NCBI GenBank assembly: GCA_024626585.2
Contig: JANKJI020000002.1
Span: forward strand, 24,590,111-24,613,903
From: Ginkgo biloba
Taxonomy: Eukaryota > Plantae > Ginkgophyta
Reading direction: 5' to 3'
DNA length: 23,793 nucleotides
Shown: one piece after another, positions 1 to 11,781 of the stretch
How positions within the stretch are numbered: position 1 is the stretch's first letter
Layout of the letters: each line of letters starts with the position of its first letter
The notes under the pieces: model-generated
The model's input: only the letters and a program-made list of their open reading frames with translations
What the model was told of the DNA's origin: nothing
Databases searched by the model: none
Translations under genes and position numbers: made by a program

Positions 1-686
1 AATAAATTTTCCTAATTTCATGTCATAATACATGGTCTAACAATCCCCATGGCTCCCATTTAATGATTTAATGGTCCATAAATAATTTCCCATCTATATC
101 CTAGTTGCATCAACCTACAATGAATTATACCATGAGAATTATCATAATAGTGAGGTCCTTGTTTCAACTCTGATCATAAACCTAAAACCATGTATTCTTT
201 TGTCTATCTTGTAACAACATTCATGATTCCCTTATTTGTTCTATGATTCTCTGAGTCANNNNNNNNNNNNNNNNNNNNNNNNNNNNNNNNNNNNNNNNNN
301 NNNNNNNNNNNNNNNNNNCAAAATTATAACCAATATATAATAGTTTTTTTCTTGATCTCATAGATCAACCAAATCAACTTCATATTCTTCATGCGAATTC
401 CTATAGAGATATTCTGAATTGTATCTATATACTTGCTTCACATCACATTCTCCATATAACAAAGTTTATAAAAAATGATGGATTTACCACCAAATTTATA
501 TGCTTCATATCCAACCCAAGCATTAAATTCACCATAAACAAGAATAGCTAAATTAACCACTAAAGACGTATAAATCTCCATGGTAAATCCTTCACATAGG
601 ATAATTTAATGAACCAACCCAAAAATTACTCACAGATTCACTTAACATATCAACCTATCATAGTTTAGGATAAGGTTATCCCTCAT

Positions 687-697
687 CTTTGATACCA
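687..697 (-). promoter_or_regulatory. LTR-retrotransposon primer-binding site (tRNA-iMet type)
   Basis: Minus strand reads ...TTACA-ta-TGGTATCAAAG. This is one mismatch from the canonical TGGTATCAGAG PBS and lies 2 nt after a CA LTR end. Bases 1-686 would be that element's leader/internal region. Confidence 0.75.
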
Positions 698-699
698 TA

Positions 700-1004
700 T
701 GTAAAAACAAAATACTAAAATTAGTCTAATATCTAGAAATATGAACACAAGNNNNNNNNNNNNNNNNNNNNNNNNNNNNNNNNNNNNNNNNNNNNNNNNN
801 NNNNNNNNNNNNNNNNNNNNNNNNNNNNNCATAGACTCAACACATATTTATACAATTTACATTCTATAATGGTCATTCTTGGATATGACACTTGTCTAAT
901 AACTCTCAATATGTGTCAACATAGGGACTGACCTAAGGATGACTCACCCCTATAACACTTTGACGACCTAGGTATCACAACATTAGGTTGTGCCCTTGAT
1001 TACA
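700..1004 (-). mobile_element. Short (~300 bp) LTR, copy 1
   Basis: Termini are TGTAA...TTACA, it abuts the PBS at 687-697, and it aligns end to end with 1155-1451. Contains a 78-N gap. Confidence 0.7.
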
Positions 1005-1011
1005 TTATATG

Positions 1012-1020
<9 letters not shown>

Positions 1021-1050
<30 letters not shown>
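1021..1050. repeat. (AT)n microsatellite running into a gap
   Basis: (AT)15 seen directly, preceded by catacatac. Confidence 0.95.
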
Positions 1051-1154
1051 NNNNNNNNNNNNNNNNNNNNNNNNNNNNNNNNNNNNNNNNNNNNNNNNNN
1101 NNNNNNNNNNNNNNNNNNNNNNNNNNNNNNNNNNNNNNNNNNNNNNNNNNCAAA

Positions 1155-1451
1155 TATAGAAACAAGATACTAAAACTGGTCTAGTATCCAAAAAATATGA
1201 TATAGAAAACCAAAAATATGATAGAATTAGCCTACCTTTAATTTCATTAACTCTTCTTGATATGTACAAAGCCTCAATATGTATAAATACATTTTAGATT
1301 CTATAATAGTCATTTTTGGACATGACACGTATCTAGTAACTCCTGACATGTGTCAACCTAGGGACCAATCTAAGAACGAATCACCCTTATGACATTCTCA
1401 CCCTTTTTAACATCTTATATATTAGAACATTAGGTTGTGATTCTGATTACA
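1155..1451 (-). mobile_element. Short (~300 bp) LTR, copy 2 (diverged)
   Basis: tatagaaacaagatactaaaactggtctagtatc matches tgtaaaaacaaaatactaaaattagtctaatatc. Both copies end acattaggttgtg....tgattaca. Confidence 0.7.
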
Positions 1452-1955
1452 CCATGTAATCATTAAATTATATTCTAATAATAATGACAAATAATTGATT
1501 TCTGTGATATTTCTTACATGAATGTAGATCATTATATTGTGTTCCCTATTTGTTCGTAATAAGAATTTTCTTTATTTTAAATAATTGATTATTTATATGG
1601 CATAGAATCATTATTTTATTAATGAAAATATATCTTGCCTTCATACTTTGAATGCTACTGAAGTTCACTTCCCTAAAGGTTGTTTATTATTCAAAGGGAT
1701 TTTCTCTTATTTTTGTATACTCTTTTAGTGTTATTATAGAGTTATAAAATAAGGATTTGATATCATTCAATTGGAGAAATTGGGCACTATTAGTAATTTG
1801 AAACTATAATAAGATAATCTATCTTTTCTCCAAAGGATTGAATTACCCAATGAACCTCCTTTATACCACTAAGAGGATTCTAAAGAGGGTGTTTAGAGTT
1901 AAATCCTTCTTGGGCATCCATTTCATCTTCTACATTACTTCAACTTACTCTATTA

Positions 1956-2245
1956 TTATCATATAATAACATATTTTCCTACTCATTTTTTTCCTTCTTC
2001 CTTTGTTTATATCTTTGTACTAATTTATAGTTAATAAGATAAAACCAGAGATATTGATCCTTTGTATAATGTATAAATGCCCTTCTATTTTTGTATATTG
2101 TGTATTTTGAATTTAGGGAACCACCCCTCAAAATAGTGGAGTAATTCTATCTTCCCTTCTATTACAATCTTTATGATATTACTTTGTTCCTTTGGAATAT
2201 GATTATTCTTATTTTTCCCACCAATACACAAAATTCTTGTCAACG
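1956..2245 (+). mobile_element. 3' part of a Gypsy (Tat/Ogre-like) 5' LTR
   Basis: Ends ...acacaaaattcttgtcaac(g) just before a PBS-like motif. Bases 1956-2192 recur in diverged form at 2630-2870. True left edge not determined. Confidence 0.5.
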
Positions 2246-2249
2246 GAAC

Positions 2250-2268
2250 TGGCAACCATACTAGGGAC
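2250..2268 (+). promoter_or_regulatory. Decayed Tat/Ogre-type PBS
   Basis: TGGCAACCATACTAGGGAC resembles TGGCGACTCCACTGGGGAC, mostly through transition changes, and sits 4 nt after the LTR-like end. Confidence 0.5.
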
Positions 2269-2629
2269 ATTGATAATTAGTGTGGTATATGATTGATTTT
2301 GAAACCTAGATGAAATAGGAAAACCATATACCAAGTTAGGTAAAGTGAGATGTGTTCCAAAACAAGATTTTTTTAGTGCCAAAGGAAGAAGGGTTAGTTG
2401 ATTATCGAACTCCTATAATAAAAAAAAAAATCTTCTAATTTTACCTCCTAATAACCTAATTTCTTGTTCTCCTTTCTCCTCCCCATCCTTTTATAGATTA
2501 AGCCCACTTCCCTCTACTCCCTCAAAGCTNNNNNNNNNNNNNNNNNNNNNNNNNNNNNNNNNNNNNNNNNNNNNNNNNNNNNNNNNNNNNNNNNNNNNNN
2601 NNNNNNNNNNNNNNNNNNNNNNNNNNNNN

Positions 2630-2870
2630 TTATCATATAATAACATATTTATCTACTGATCATTTTTCTTCTTCCCCTATTCATCTCTTTACTCTGATTT
2701 CAAGTTCATAAAAATAAAAACAAAATAAATATTGATCCTATGCATAATGTGTAAATACCCTTTCACTTTTGTATATTGTGCATTTTTTATGTAGGAAATA
2801 TTCCCTCAAAATACTAAAGTAAATCCATCTTCCCTTCTATTGTAGTCTTTATGATACCACTTCTTTCCTT
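2630..2870 (+). repeat. Diverged second copy of 1956-2192 (LTR fragment, gap-bounded)
   Basis: Shared colinear blocks: ttatcatataataacatattt, atattgatcct, ttttgtatattgtg, ccctcaaaata, atcttcccttctatt, tctttatgata. Confidence 0.85.
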
Positions 2871-3440
2871 NNNNNNNNNNNNNNNNNNNNNNNNNNNNNN
2901 NNNNNNNNNNNNNNNNNNNNNNNNNNNNNNNNNNNNNNNNNNNNNNNNNNNNNNNNNNNNNNNNNNNNNNNNNTTCTTATAGCAAAACTTATTTGAAGAT
3001 ATAGGTAGCATTGTTAGCATACATGTTGTATACCTTTCCATTATCTAAAGGTGTAGGAATCATCACCTGAAAACAAGACTTATTAAAAAATATTTCTAGG
3101 AGGTATAATAATATTATTCAACAATAAATATAATTTTATTTTGTTCTCACATTTATCATTAATTCCACTTACAAATTAGATTCAAGTGACGTAAAAAATA
3201 TAATTGCAACAAAACTGAAAGTATCTCATTTCTTAATCAACTTTATAAGAAGTTGGTAAGTAGACCAATATGGTGTTCTAAGTGCATGAATAAAACAACC
3301 AATTGACCAAGGGATGTAAAAGGATTTGTTGTTGTTATTCACACTATCAACTTGAATTAGGAATCACTTGAATAGTAAATTAACTCTATAATGGAGAAAA
3401 ATAATGTGAAGGTATATTTTAGTATCCCCTTAGCCCTATT

Positions 3441-3661
3441 TTTCCTATTAGGATCATAGAGGGAATGAGAATGAGTGTTATGAAGAGCATTCCTTAAATA
3501 AGCCTTCCATAATTATATGGTAAGAGCCACAAGGATACAAATAAATTCTTATTTTAATTTGAAGTACTTTCAAGAAGTTATGATTAACTTAAGGATGCAC
3601 ACAAGTTAAAATTATTTCCATATATATTAAAGGGTGCATCCTTAATGTGGTTTATGATTTG
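3441..3661 (+). pseudogene. gag: Ty3/Gypsy gag (retrotrans_gag N-terminal region) remnant
   Basis: One frame reads FPIRIIEGMRMSVMKSIP*ISLP*LYGKSHKDTNKFLF*FEVLSRSYD*LKDAHKLKLFPYILKGASLMWFM. This fits the LPxFxG...FxxxF...KLKLFPxxLKGxAxxWF gag pattern. Has in-frame stops. Confidence 0.8.
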
Positions 3662-5344
3662 NNNNNNNNNNNNNNNNNNNNNNNNNNNNNNNNNNNNNNN
3701 NNNNNNNNNNNNNNNNNNNNNNNNNNNNNNNNNNNNNNNNNNNNNNNNNNNNNNNNNNNNNNNNNNNNNNNNNNNNNNNNNNNNNNNNNGAGGAAGTACA
3801 AAAATCACGTAATAGTAAGGGGTCAAAATACCCTCTCACTTATGAGGGGAGGTTCCCTTATGGTAAAAGAATAAACAAAATGCAAAATTAAATAAGTACT
3901 ATTTATACTAAATAGGTAGTTGTGAATAAAAGGAGGCGGTTTGGCTCAATGCCAAGGGACAGGTATGGAACAAAAGTTAACATAACACTCAAACCTAAAA
4001 TAAAAGGATTAATATTGGGANNNNNNNNNNNNNNNNNNNNNNNNNNNNNNNNNNNNNNNNNNNNNNNNNNNNNNNNNNNNNNNNNNNNNNNNNNNNNNNN
4101 NNNNNNNNNNNNNNNNNNNNNNNNNNNNNNNNNNNNNNNNNNNNNNNNNNNNNNNNNNNNNNNNNNNNNNNNNNNNNNNNNNNNNNNNNNNNNNNNNNNN
4201 NNNNNNNNNNNNNNNNNNNNNNNNNNNNAGGCTAGTAATAATTTGTATAATCATAAGTCAAGATTCATGATAGACATTACATTATAACTAGAAACAAGAG
4301 TCACAATAAACTTTATCCTATTTAAATTAAGAAATATAGAGTTTTCCCACTTCTAGGTATAGAGAAGTCACTGCATAAATCTTTTCTCTTCCAACCTATA
4401 AAATTCTACTAGATAGAAAAGTCCCAAAATTTTCTAAACCTTTAATAAATGAAATTCATCCAATTTATAGCCTTCCAATGGGAGCGTTGTGTAACTATTC
4501 ACAACTACTTCTGGATATTTTTTACAATTGGTAGGAATGGATTTTATGAATTAGGGACAAGAAATTTAAAAGCATTGACACTTTTCATTCTTCAAAAGTG
4601 ATGATAATAAATTCTTTCCATGTGTCAAAGTCTAGATGGATCATGAACACCATGTCCATACCCTAAAAAGATGCCCTGCATGCTTCTAGCATCTCTCAAG
4701 ACTCACCCTTGAAGTCCATCATAGGCTATTAGAAAAGTGTCACTATCACCCATCACCCTGGCCTTTTCTTAGCTTCCTTGATGACTCGGGACATAGAGGG
4801 ATCTTCAAAAAGGTGAAAATATACCCATCTATATCGCATACTCCTATGGTTAACTGTTATTTCATGAAACCTTTACTACTCTCTACCCTTGGTCTAAGTT
4901 CATGAAGTTGTTGATTTATCTTTTACTTGCTAGATGACTCCTAGCTTTCTTTTATTATGGAATATCTATGATATCTATATTGTATAACTCCCTTAATGAG
5001 GATCCTTGGTTGAGTGAAGGTGTCTCCATCCCTTGGTTCAACACTAAGGAATAAGTCACCAGTAACCTAACTTATCACCTACATTTCTTAACAAGTAAGG
5101 GAGTATTTCATACCCAGGGAAAGGAGAAACTCCTTTTTAGATACCTTCACCTCCCTTAATGCAAAAGGAATGTCAAATATTATTAGGAGAAATTATCCTA
5201 GCCAATTATCTCTCTTTAGAGCATGTACTATAAATTTTTACCAGCGGCATCATGGTACCCTCCTTTATTATGTAACTTCCTTTACCTTTGCATCCTTAGT
5301 TCCATTTGCTAATATCATCCCATAGTATGTGTATGCTTCCTATG

Positions 5345-5786
5345 TCTTTTGAATCTTCCTAATAGCTCAAGGATTGCAAACATTTTCTAGGAGAAACTTT
5401 CTCGGTTCCTTTTTCCTCCCTTATTAATTAAGTGATCACATTTTATCTTAGGACATGAGGGTGGCTAGGTTCCTCCTTTATCAAGCATCATTTCGAGTCT
5501 TTTGATCTCCCCAAGTATTAAAAGGAGTATGCAATTCTCCATTATTATACTTTTCTATTTATGATGTTGTGGGCCTCCTTGGGAATTCACACTCTCTTGG
5601 ATAAGTTTGGACTTCTTTATCTCTCAAGGACTATGAAAGGCTAGGATGAGTAGTCTTCCTGGGAGTCTATACCTCCTTAGAGCACATTCTTAAACTCCAC
5701 TTTAGTGACATTATGGTCCCCTTGATCACTATAGACATTCCTAGGTCTTTCAATCCCTCCTGGTAGTGAAAGGACTATGAAAATAT
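5345..5786 (-). repeat. Dispersed repeat, copy 1 (probably decayed retroelement internal ORF)
   Basis: Colinear with 7565-8038: cttttgaatcttcct, tttttcctccctta, cctttatcaagcatcat, gaattcacactctctt, cttctttatctctcaagga. Confidence 0.8.
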
Positions 5787-6449
5787 TCTNNNNNNNNNNN
5801 NNNNNNNNNNNNNNNNNNNNNNNNNNNNNNNNNNNNNNNNNNCCAATTGGCAAATTTGTAAAAGGTCAAAATTAGAATTGGCGAATTATAACATATTTTT
5901 ATAAACATGAATAGCCTTAATAAAGTTTAAATTTAATAATATAAGGGTGCATTGGCCAATATATATAAACACAAGAGAAATGAATTAGCCACAGAGAGAA
6001 TGATAGAACTATAATCATTTCATTAAATCACCTCAAGAATGGAGCTCTGCAAATGGATTTCAAATTATTTCATCATTGGCTTGTAGTGATTCATTGGATT
6101 TTCCTATAACATAGATAGTATATGTATACATTATATCTACTACTACCAGGTAAATTATGAGACATGAATCGTAAGCTACTTGAATTTTCCAATACTTGAA
6201 ACTAAAATAGTTTTGGGTTAATGATTTTTTTATAGCTACAGAGATAGTTTANNNNNNNNNNNNNNNNNNNNNNNNNNNNNNNNNNNNNNNNNNNNNNNNN
6301 NNNNNNNNNNNNNNNNNNNNNNNNNNNNNNNNNNNNNNNNNNNNNNNNNNNTTGTGTGTGTTTATTGTTTATCTCATAAAGGAGTTTAGATGCATGTGTT
6401 TAGTTGTGCACTCTGATGTACCTTCAAATTCCAATAGTTCTTTATCAAT

Positions 6450-7550
6450 CGCATTTTTTCATAGGTCCATTTTTATAAATCGCTTCTGAAACGGCAAAAA
6501 AAATACTTGATAAATGAATCTTTAAATTATTTTTTCTCCCCTCGATTCATTGTTGAAAAATTTGTGCCTAAATTTTTATCCAAAATTGGATTCATTTGAT
6601 ACCTTTTCTTGTCCATTTTTGCAACCAAAAAATCAACTTTTCTTCGCTCCTTAAGCCCCTTCAATTTTTGATTCTTGGTCGTCCATATGACTTGCCAATA
6701 ACACCTTGCATACAAATCTTTGAAAAAAACACCCTGTGGGTTTTGAAATTGTGACCTTTTATGTGCAAACTAAATTACTTGATCGACTATGTTGCATATT
6801 TTCTTGAGATAATAGCTAATAAAAACACCTTTTACAGAAAAAAAAGGAAAAAGAAAATGGTTACTCGCATGACCTGGTCTTCTCAACGGAGGGCAAAGTT
6901 TAGACGACTTACAATTCAATTGAATAAAAAATCAAACTCAAAACGTTACACACAAATTTTCATGTGTTTTGTTCTTTCGCTTCTTCGTTGTTGTGTTTGC
7001 AATGTCCAAACTTTGTTCATATGCTCGCAGCTTCAAACTGCTCATAATTGGCGTCTCAAGTTTCTTCTACATCTCCAATTTGATCTCTTTGGNNNNNNNN
7101 NNTGTGATGCTCTGCTACCTCACTTCGGCATTGCTTTGATTTCCAGTTCTTACCATTGCCATGTTTTCTTGCTCTTCATTGATATTTCTTCAACGGCGTC
7201 TTAGTTCACATTTTGGTTTTGCATTCATCGTGTTTTCCATGAACACGTCCAAGCCCTTTACTCAACCTAGTTCTTGTCTCTACACAAATTGATTACCACC
7301 GTGTGCCAAGCTCTAAAATACTAAATAAAAATCGAATCTATCTCTCTCAAATGCATTCGGTTATAGATTATAGGGGAATTTCTTGTCTTTTCCACTAATT
7401 CGAGTGGAATTTTGGTCATCTCTCTACCTCTCCTAGACGACATCACAAACTGACATAAAGTTAAAAATGCAGGCAGGCAACTAACCACAAGATAGTCGCA
7501 TGATCTCGAGATTAGTATGATGAATGTTAGTTACTACCAAGGGCATCGAA
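6450..7550. other. CpG-retaining segment of unknown nature
   Basis: About 28 CpG counted by eye in ~1.1 kb, against only a few per kb elsewhere. No recognisable protein. Confidence 0.6.
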
Positions 7551-7564
7551 TATTCTTATGGATC

Positions 7565-8038
7565 CTTTTGAATCTTCCTGATAGTGCAAGTACCATGAAA
7601 TTTTGCCAAGAATGGATTTCCCAGGTTATTTTTCCTCCCTTATGGATTAAAAGAGTAATTTTTATCTCAATATGTGAGAGTATCTAGGTATTTCCTTTAT
7701 CAAGCATCATCTTAAGTTTTTTGAACCCCCCTAGTGGCACAAGGAGTGTGTAATTATACTAGGAGAGAATCATTTTCCTTTCATTAGTTTATGTTTTGTA
7801 CACTCTTATTTATGATACTTTGGGAATCCTCAAGAATTCACACTCTCTTATATTCTTTTATCCTTCTTTATCTCTCAAGGAAGATGAAAAATTACCAAGA
7901 GTATACTTCCTAGGCATATAACCTTCCTTGGTGCACATACTTGAAAATATACTTTGGTGATGATGTGGGTCCTATTATCACTGTGCACCCTCCTAAGTCC
8001 TTTAGTCCTTCATGGTAGCAGAAGGATTGTTAAAATAT
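7565..8038 (-). repeat. Dispersed repeat, copy 2
   Basis: Homologous to 5345-5786, with an extra ~35 bp near 7760-7800. The minus frame gives a stop-interrupted peptide (RECEFLRIPKVS*IRVY...LLIHKGGKITWE) that I cannot assign. Confidence 0.8.
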
Positions 8039-8403
8039 ATAAGGAACCATGCCCCATGATCAATTTGGCATACCTTCTTGACTCATAATTTGACTTCTCA
8101 GATTACAGTATGGAATTATTTATAGTTCCTCTAGGTCTTGGTTCATAGTTTTGAATCATCATATCCTTGATTTTTCCATGACTACAAACAATATTTTAGG
8201 TTTGTGAAACCTCTCCTTGATTAGTATTGGTCTCCCTAGACATATTCAAACTTTCGATAGGTTCTTGGATTTAGCATTTGTTTGTCTAATTTTTTATTTA
8301 TGAGTTGAGATTGTGGTGTCAATAAGATGAATATATTAAAGAATATTTTTTAAGGCTCAAGAAATAAGAGGATGGATCCTTAGAAAGAAAGAAAGAAAGA
8401 AAA

Positions 8404-8491
8404 AAATTATATTAATGTCCATGAGTGACCCAAAATGGTCAAAGGGAATGAAACATGCATCATGTAATATAAGGAAAGGGAGTGCTCACCA
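8404..8491. repeat. ~90-bp direct repeat, copy 1 (ends at gap)
   Basis: aaattatattaatgtcca...catcatgtaatata.g.aaagggagtgctcac recurs at 9111-9197. Confidence 0.85.
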
Positions 8492-8591
8492 NNNNNNNNN
8501 NNNNNNNNNNNNNNNNNNNNNNNNNNNNNNNNNNNNNNNNNNNNNNNNNNNNNNNNNNNNNNNNNNNNNNNNNNNNNNNNNNNNNNNNNNN

Positions 8592-9110
8592 AGAAAATTA
8601 TATATGAACAAAATGAGGCCACATGACTCTGTCTCCAAGAACATAAACATGATGAAGGATCTATGAGCACAGTTGAATGCACTTGATTATACACTCTTAA
8701 AAAAATATTTTATTGATGCAATATTGTCTAATTTACATTATGGTTTTTTACACTACAAACTACCATCAATATCTCAAAAGATAAGAATACATTATCCATT
8801 TATGAACTTGAATCCATTCTAGTTTATAAGGAAGGTGGATACCAACATAATGATGAAAGTGAGCATGTATTTGCCTCCCAAACTAGATGAAGAGGAATAT
8901 AATATGGAGGTCAAGGATCAAGGAACAAAGGGAAGAAACATCATAAGAGAGAAACCAAAACATGATACAATTATGGTAGTACTAGCCATTTGGCCAATGA
9001 TTATTAGAATAATAAAAATAGAGGTGGCACTAATTATAAAGGTGGAAATTCATCAAATTATAGAGGAAAGAATAATAATTACAAAGGTAGAAAAAATAAT
9101 ACAAATAAAT
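8592..9110 (+). pseudogene. gag: Ty1/Copia gag remnant (UBN2-type region plus decayed CCHC zinc knuckle)
   Basis: RKLYMNKMRPHDSVSKNINMMKDL*AQLNALDY...FIDAILSNL, then a frameshift, then TLSIYELESILVYKE...RG-rich linker and KT*YNYGSTSHLANDY (8963-9004). The last motif has C-X2-C-X4-H-X4-C spacing with Cys codons changed to TGA/TAT/TAT. Confidence 0.8.
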
Positions 9111-9197
9111 AAATTATATTAATGTCCACAAGTGACCAAAATATAGTCAAACAGACTAAAACATACATCATGTAATATAGGCAAAGGGAGTGCTCAC
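9111..9197. repeat. ~90-bp direct repeat, copy 2; left edge of an unassigned element extending to ~10330
   Basis: Matches 8404-8489 and cuts off the Copia gag. Confidence 0.8.
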
Positions 9198-10920
9198 AAA
9201 TACTCTAATACTAATGCTAAAAGACTAAAGGTACAAAATATAAAATATACAAGATATAAGTTGTAATAATGGAGACCTTAAGGTCTATGGAGACATGTGG
9301 TGTAGAAATAACAAGAAGCACATAGATTTTAAAACAAGGTCTAGAAAAGAGCAGTAGCCTCCATAAAGAAGAGCTCCATCAAATGAAGAAAAATAGTAGA
9401 GATAGTCCATTAGGAAAAACTTCTTCTATAATATCTCTAAGAGTCTCAAATGGGAAAGAAGAATAGAGATCGTCCATCAATAAATTCTTTCCATAAGATC
9501 TCTAAGAACTTATTACAGAATATGATCCAGGGAGGGGTTTGGTATTTCCAACCGAGCTCTTCCACAGGGCATAGTGTGATCAGAAGAGGAATCTCTCCTA
9601 CCACCCAAGGTCAATGGTGTCATGTTCAAAGTAAAAAAACTACTAATACATCCCCTAGCTAGGGACCTAAAATATACAGATATTGTATCCCTGTGTAAAG
9701 GGTTGTAATAACTAGAGGTTTGGGTTGGGTGTCTAATGGTCTAAAACAAAGGGTAATGTCTAGTCAATCTATAGACCTATCACTGGTCTAATACTAATAA
9801 GGGACACTTAGGGTTGAAGAAGGAGGCGATCAATTGGGTGGAACCACAACTGGATTAGCTCTATAGTAGTGACCTCCAAAGAATAACCATATCTCTAATA
9901 AATAAGGACAAACATCGATGGTCCTAAAATATAACAAAGGTAGTAAATAAACCTCCTCTCTCTCTAAAAAGATAGTACTATCTACCTCTGATCTCATAGT
10001 ACCTCAGGCACCAAAAAATAAAGTGTTCCTCTATATCAATATCTACAAGGGAACAAATCCTATAAATATGTTCATCACTAATAATATTGTAGTCCATCTC
10101 CACATGTAATTGATGTGAACAAACTTTGATCTAGCCAATGGGGAACCTAAGACCATGAGACTAGTGATGTCAAAGATAATATGGTCAAATGATAGCCCTG
10201 TTTGAGATAAGAAGGAAGTGTTTCAAATAAAATGAAATTTTGGCACTAAGAGACTATGGATGATACCTCCCCTTCAGTGATCAGGATGTTATGATAGCAC
10301 CTATCCTTTAGTGATCATATTAGGGGATAGAGAATCCCTCATCCCATAGGGTTTCAATATTTTTTACATTTTCTAACTAGAGCAGTTACGCGTAGTCTTC
10401 CTTTAGAATTAGTTGATTTTCTTTCCATTGGGAAAGAATCTATCTTCTCAAGGCCATGGTCTTTACTTTAAACATTTTATTTTTTGTAAGTATTAGGGAA
10501 TTAGAGCTCTACTTATTGACCTCTCTTTTAAGAGAAAAATAATCTTTGAATTATTAAATTTCTTCTTCTTTTGGGTAAAACCCCCAACTCCCTTATTTAA
10601 GAAACTACAAAATTCAATAAAATCCTTTTTTATTAAAGTTTCCAATCCATCCATGAATTTGGAACAAATGTCNNNNNNNNNNNNNNNNNNNNNNNNNNNN
10701 NNNNNNNNNNNNNNNNNNNNNNNNNNNNNNNNNNNNNNNNNNNNNNNNNNNNNNNNNNNNNNNNNNNNNNNNCTTGAACTTGTCTCATTTCCTATGTTAG
10801 AAAAAATAACACACTAGTTTGTTAGGATAACTTCTCAACCTCCTTCCCTTTAGATCTAGTGAATTATAAAGTATAGTCTAGGGTGGCCTCATCTTTTCTT
10901 ATTAGACCCTTTAGTCACTA

Positions 10921-11490
10921 TGTCAGTTGGGTTAACCTCATTTTCCTTTGGAAATTGGTCTCTTTTTTCACGTATACCCTTGACTCAAATAATATCAAAT
11001 CCTCAAACTAACATCACAAATCCACCTCTTTGTTCTTTCGTTGGATGGGGTCTATGATCTTGGCCATATATTGGTATCCTTCATCTAATAATATCCTTTT
11101 GATGTCCTATTGTATATGTGCTACTGTTATCTTAGATAATCAAGCTTATATAGATTGAGCTATGTTTGGAAGAATTTCAATCTCTTTTTGCATTTGTTCC
11201 TTAATTTTGAAAACACTCTACCTTTCTTGGATCAATTATTTCTTGGCTCCATACACTTGTTAAGCTAGGATCATCCTCAACTTATGAATTTCCTAGACAT
11301 TATTGGTGATCTCCTCATCCTTTTTCTCAATCTCCTCTTGTAAACCTTCCATGAGCCCTTCCTTCCCTTATAACTATCCTTCTAAAATATTGCATATAAG
11401 TTGGAGCATGTCATAATTAATTTTTAGCTTAGATAATTCAACCTCTTTGCCAGGTGGGACTAGAGGAGTCTCCTTTAATACTTTGGATTT
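10921..11490 (-). pseudogene. Decayed coiled-coil-like ORF (probable retroelement accessory protein)
   Basis: A single frame over ~180 codons: VPPGKEVELSKLKINYDMLQLICNILEG*L*GKEGLMEGLQEEIEKKDEEITNNV*EIHKLRMILA*Q...KIKEQMQKEIEIL. Rich in E/K/L/Q. Stops are explainable as C>T in Gln/Arg codons. Confidence 0.5.
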
Positions 11491-11495
11491 TTGTC

Positions 11496-11765
11496 TGTAA
11501 TGTCAAGGCTGACAGTACACATGAAATAATGATAAGAATACTAAATTGGGGATACCACTCTACTATCCAAGATGAATGAGGAGGCACTCTGCTCCTAAAA
11601 TGTCAAGTTCTCATAATAAGAAGAAAATAAATAATAATGAGTCGATGATTGTCCAAAATGAGGAATAATAATATCTTTTTATAATATTAAGAGAGAGCCT
11701 AATTAAGTTACATAGGCTCATATTCATAAAACCTTAGCTTTAGTTTTTATTATATACTTTTTACA
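11496..11765 (-). mobile_element. 270-bp 3' LTR of a minus-strand element
   Basis: Perfect 5-bp inverted termini TGTAA...TTACA, with a polypurine tract directly upstream on the minus strand. Confidence 0.7.
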
Positions 11766-11781
11766 CAACCTACCCTCCTCC
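11766..11781 (-). promoter_or_regulatory. Polypurine tract (PPT)
   Basis: Minus strand reads CTTGAGGGAAACAAATCTCTAA-GGAGGAGGGTAGGTTG-TGTAA. Confidence 0.65.

Noticed and set aside
1445-1461. gattaca-cca-tgtaatc hairpin as the start of an inverted third LTR
   Set aside because: Similarity to the LTR end fades within ~25 bp in AT-rich sequence.
983-4287. Track ORFs containing long X runs (also those at 8407-8694, 15493-15797, 20663-20997, 22462-22761)
   Set aside because: They stay open only because they cross N-gaps or the (AT)n tract. They are not genes.
6761-7204. 147-aa plus-strand ORF as a real CDS
   Set aside because: No recognisable domain, composition driven by A- and T-runs, and it crosses a gap. 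Kept only as part of the CpG-island finding.
7517-7581. C/D-box snoRNA (ATGATGA ... CTGA)
   Set aside because: The CTGA lies inside the dispersed repeat, there is no terminal stem or identifiable guide, and such short motifs occur by chance.
8835-9122. 95-aa Ile-rich ORF
   Set aside because: It is an alternative frame of the Copia gag remnant. The meaningful frame carries the zinc knuckle.
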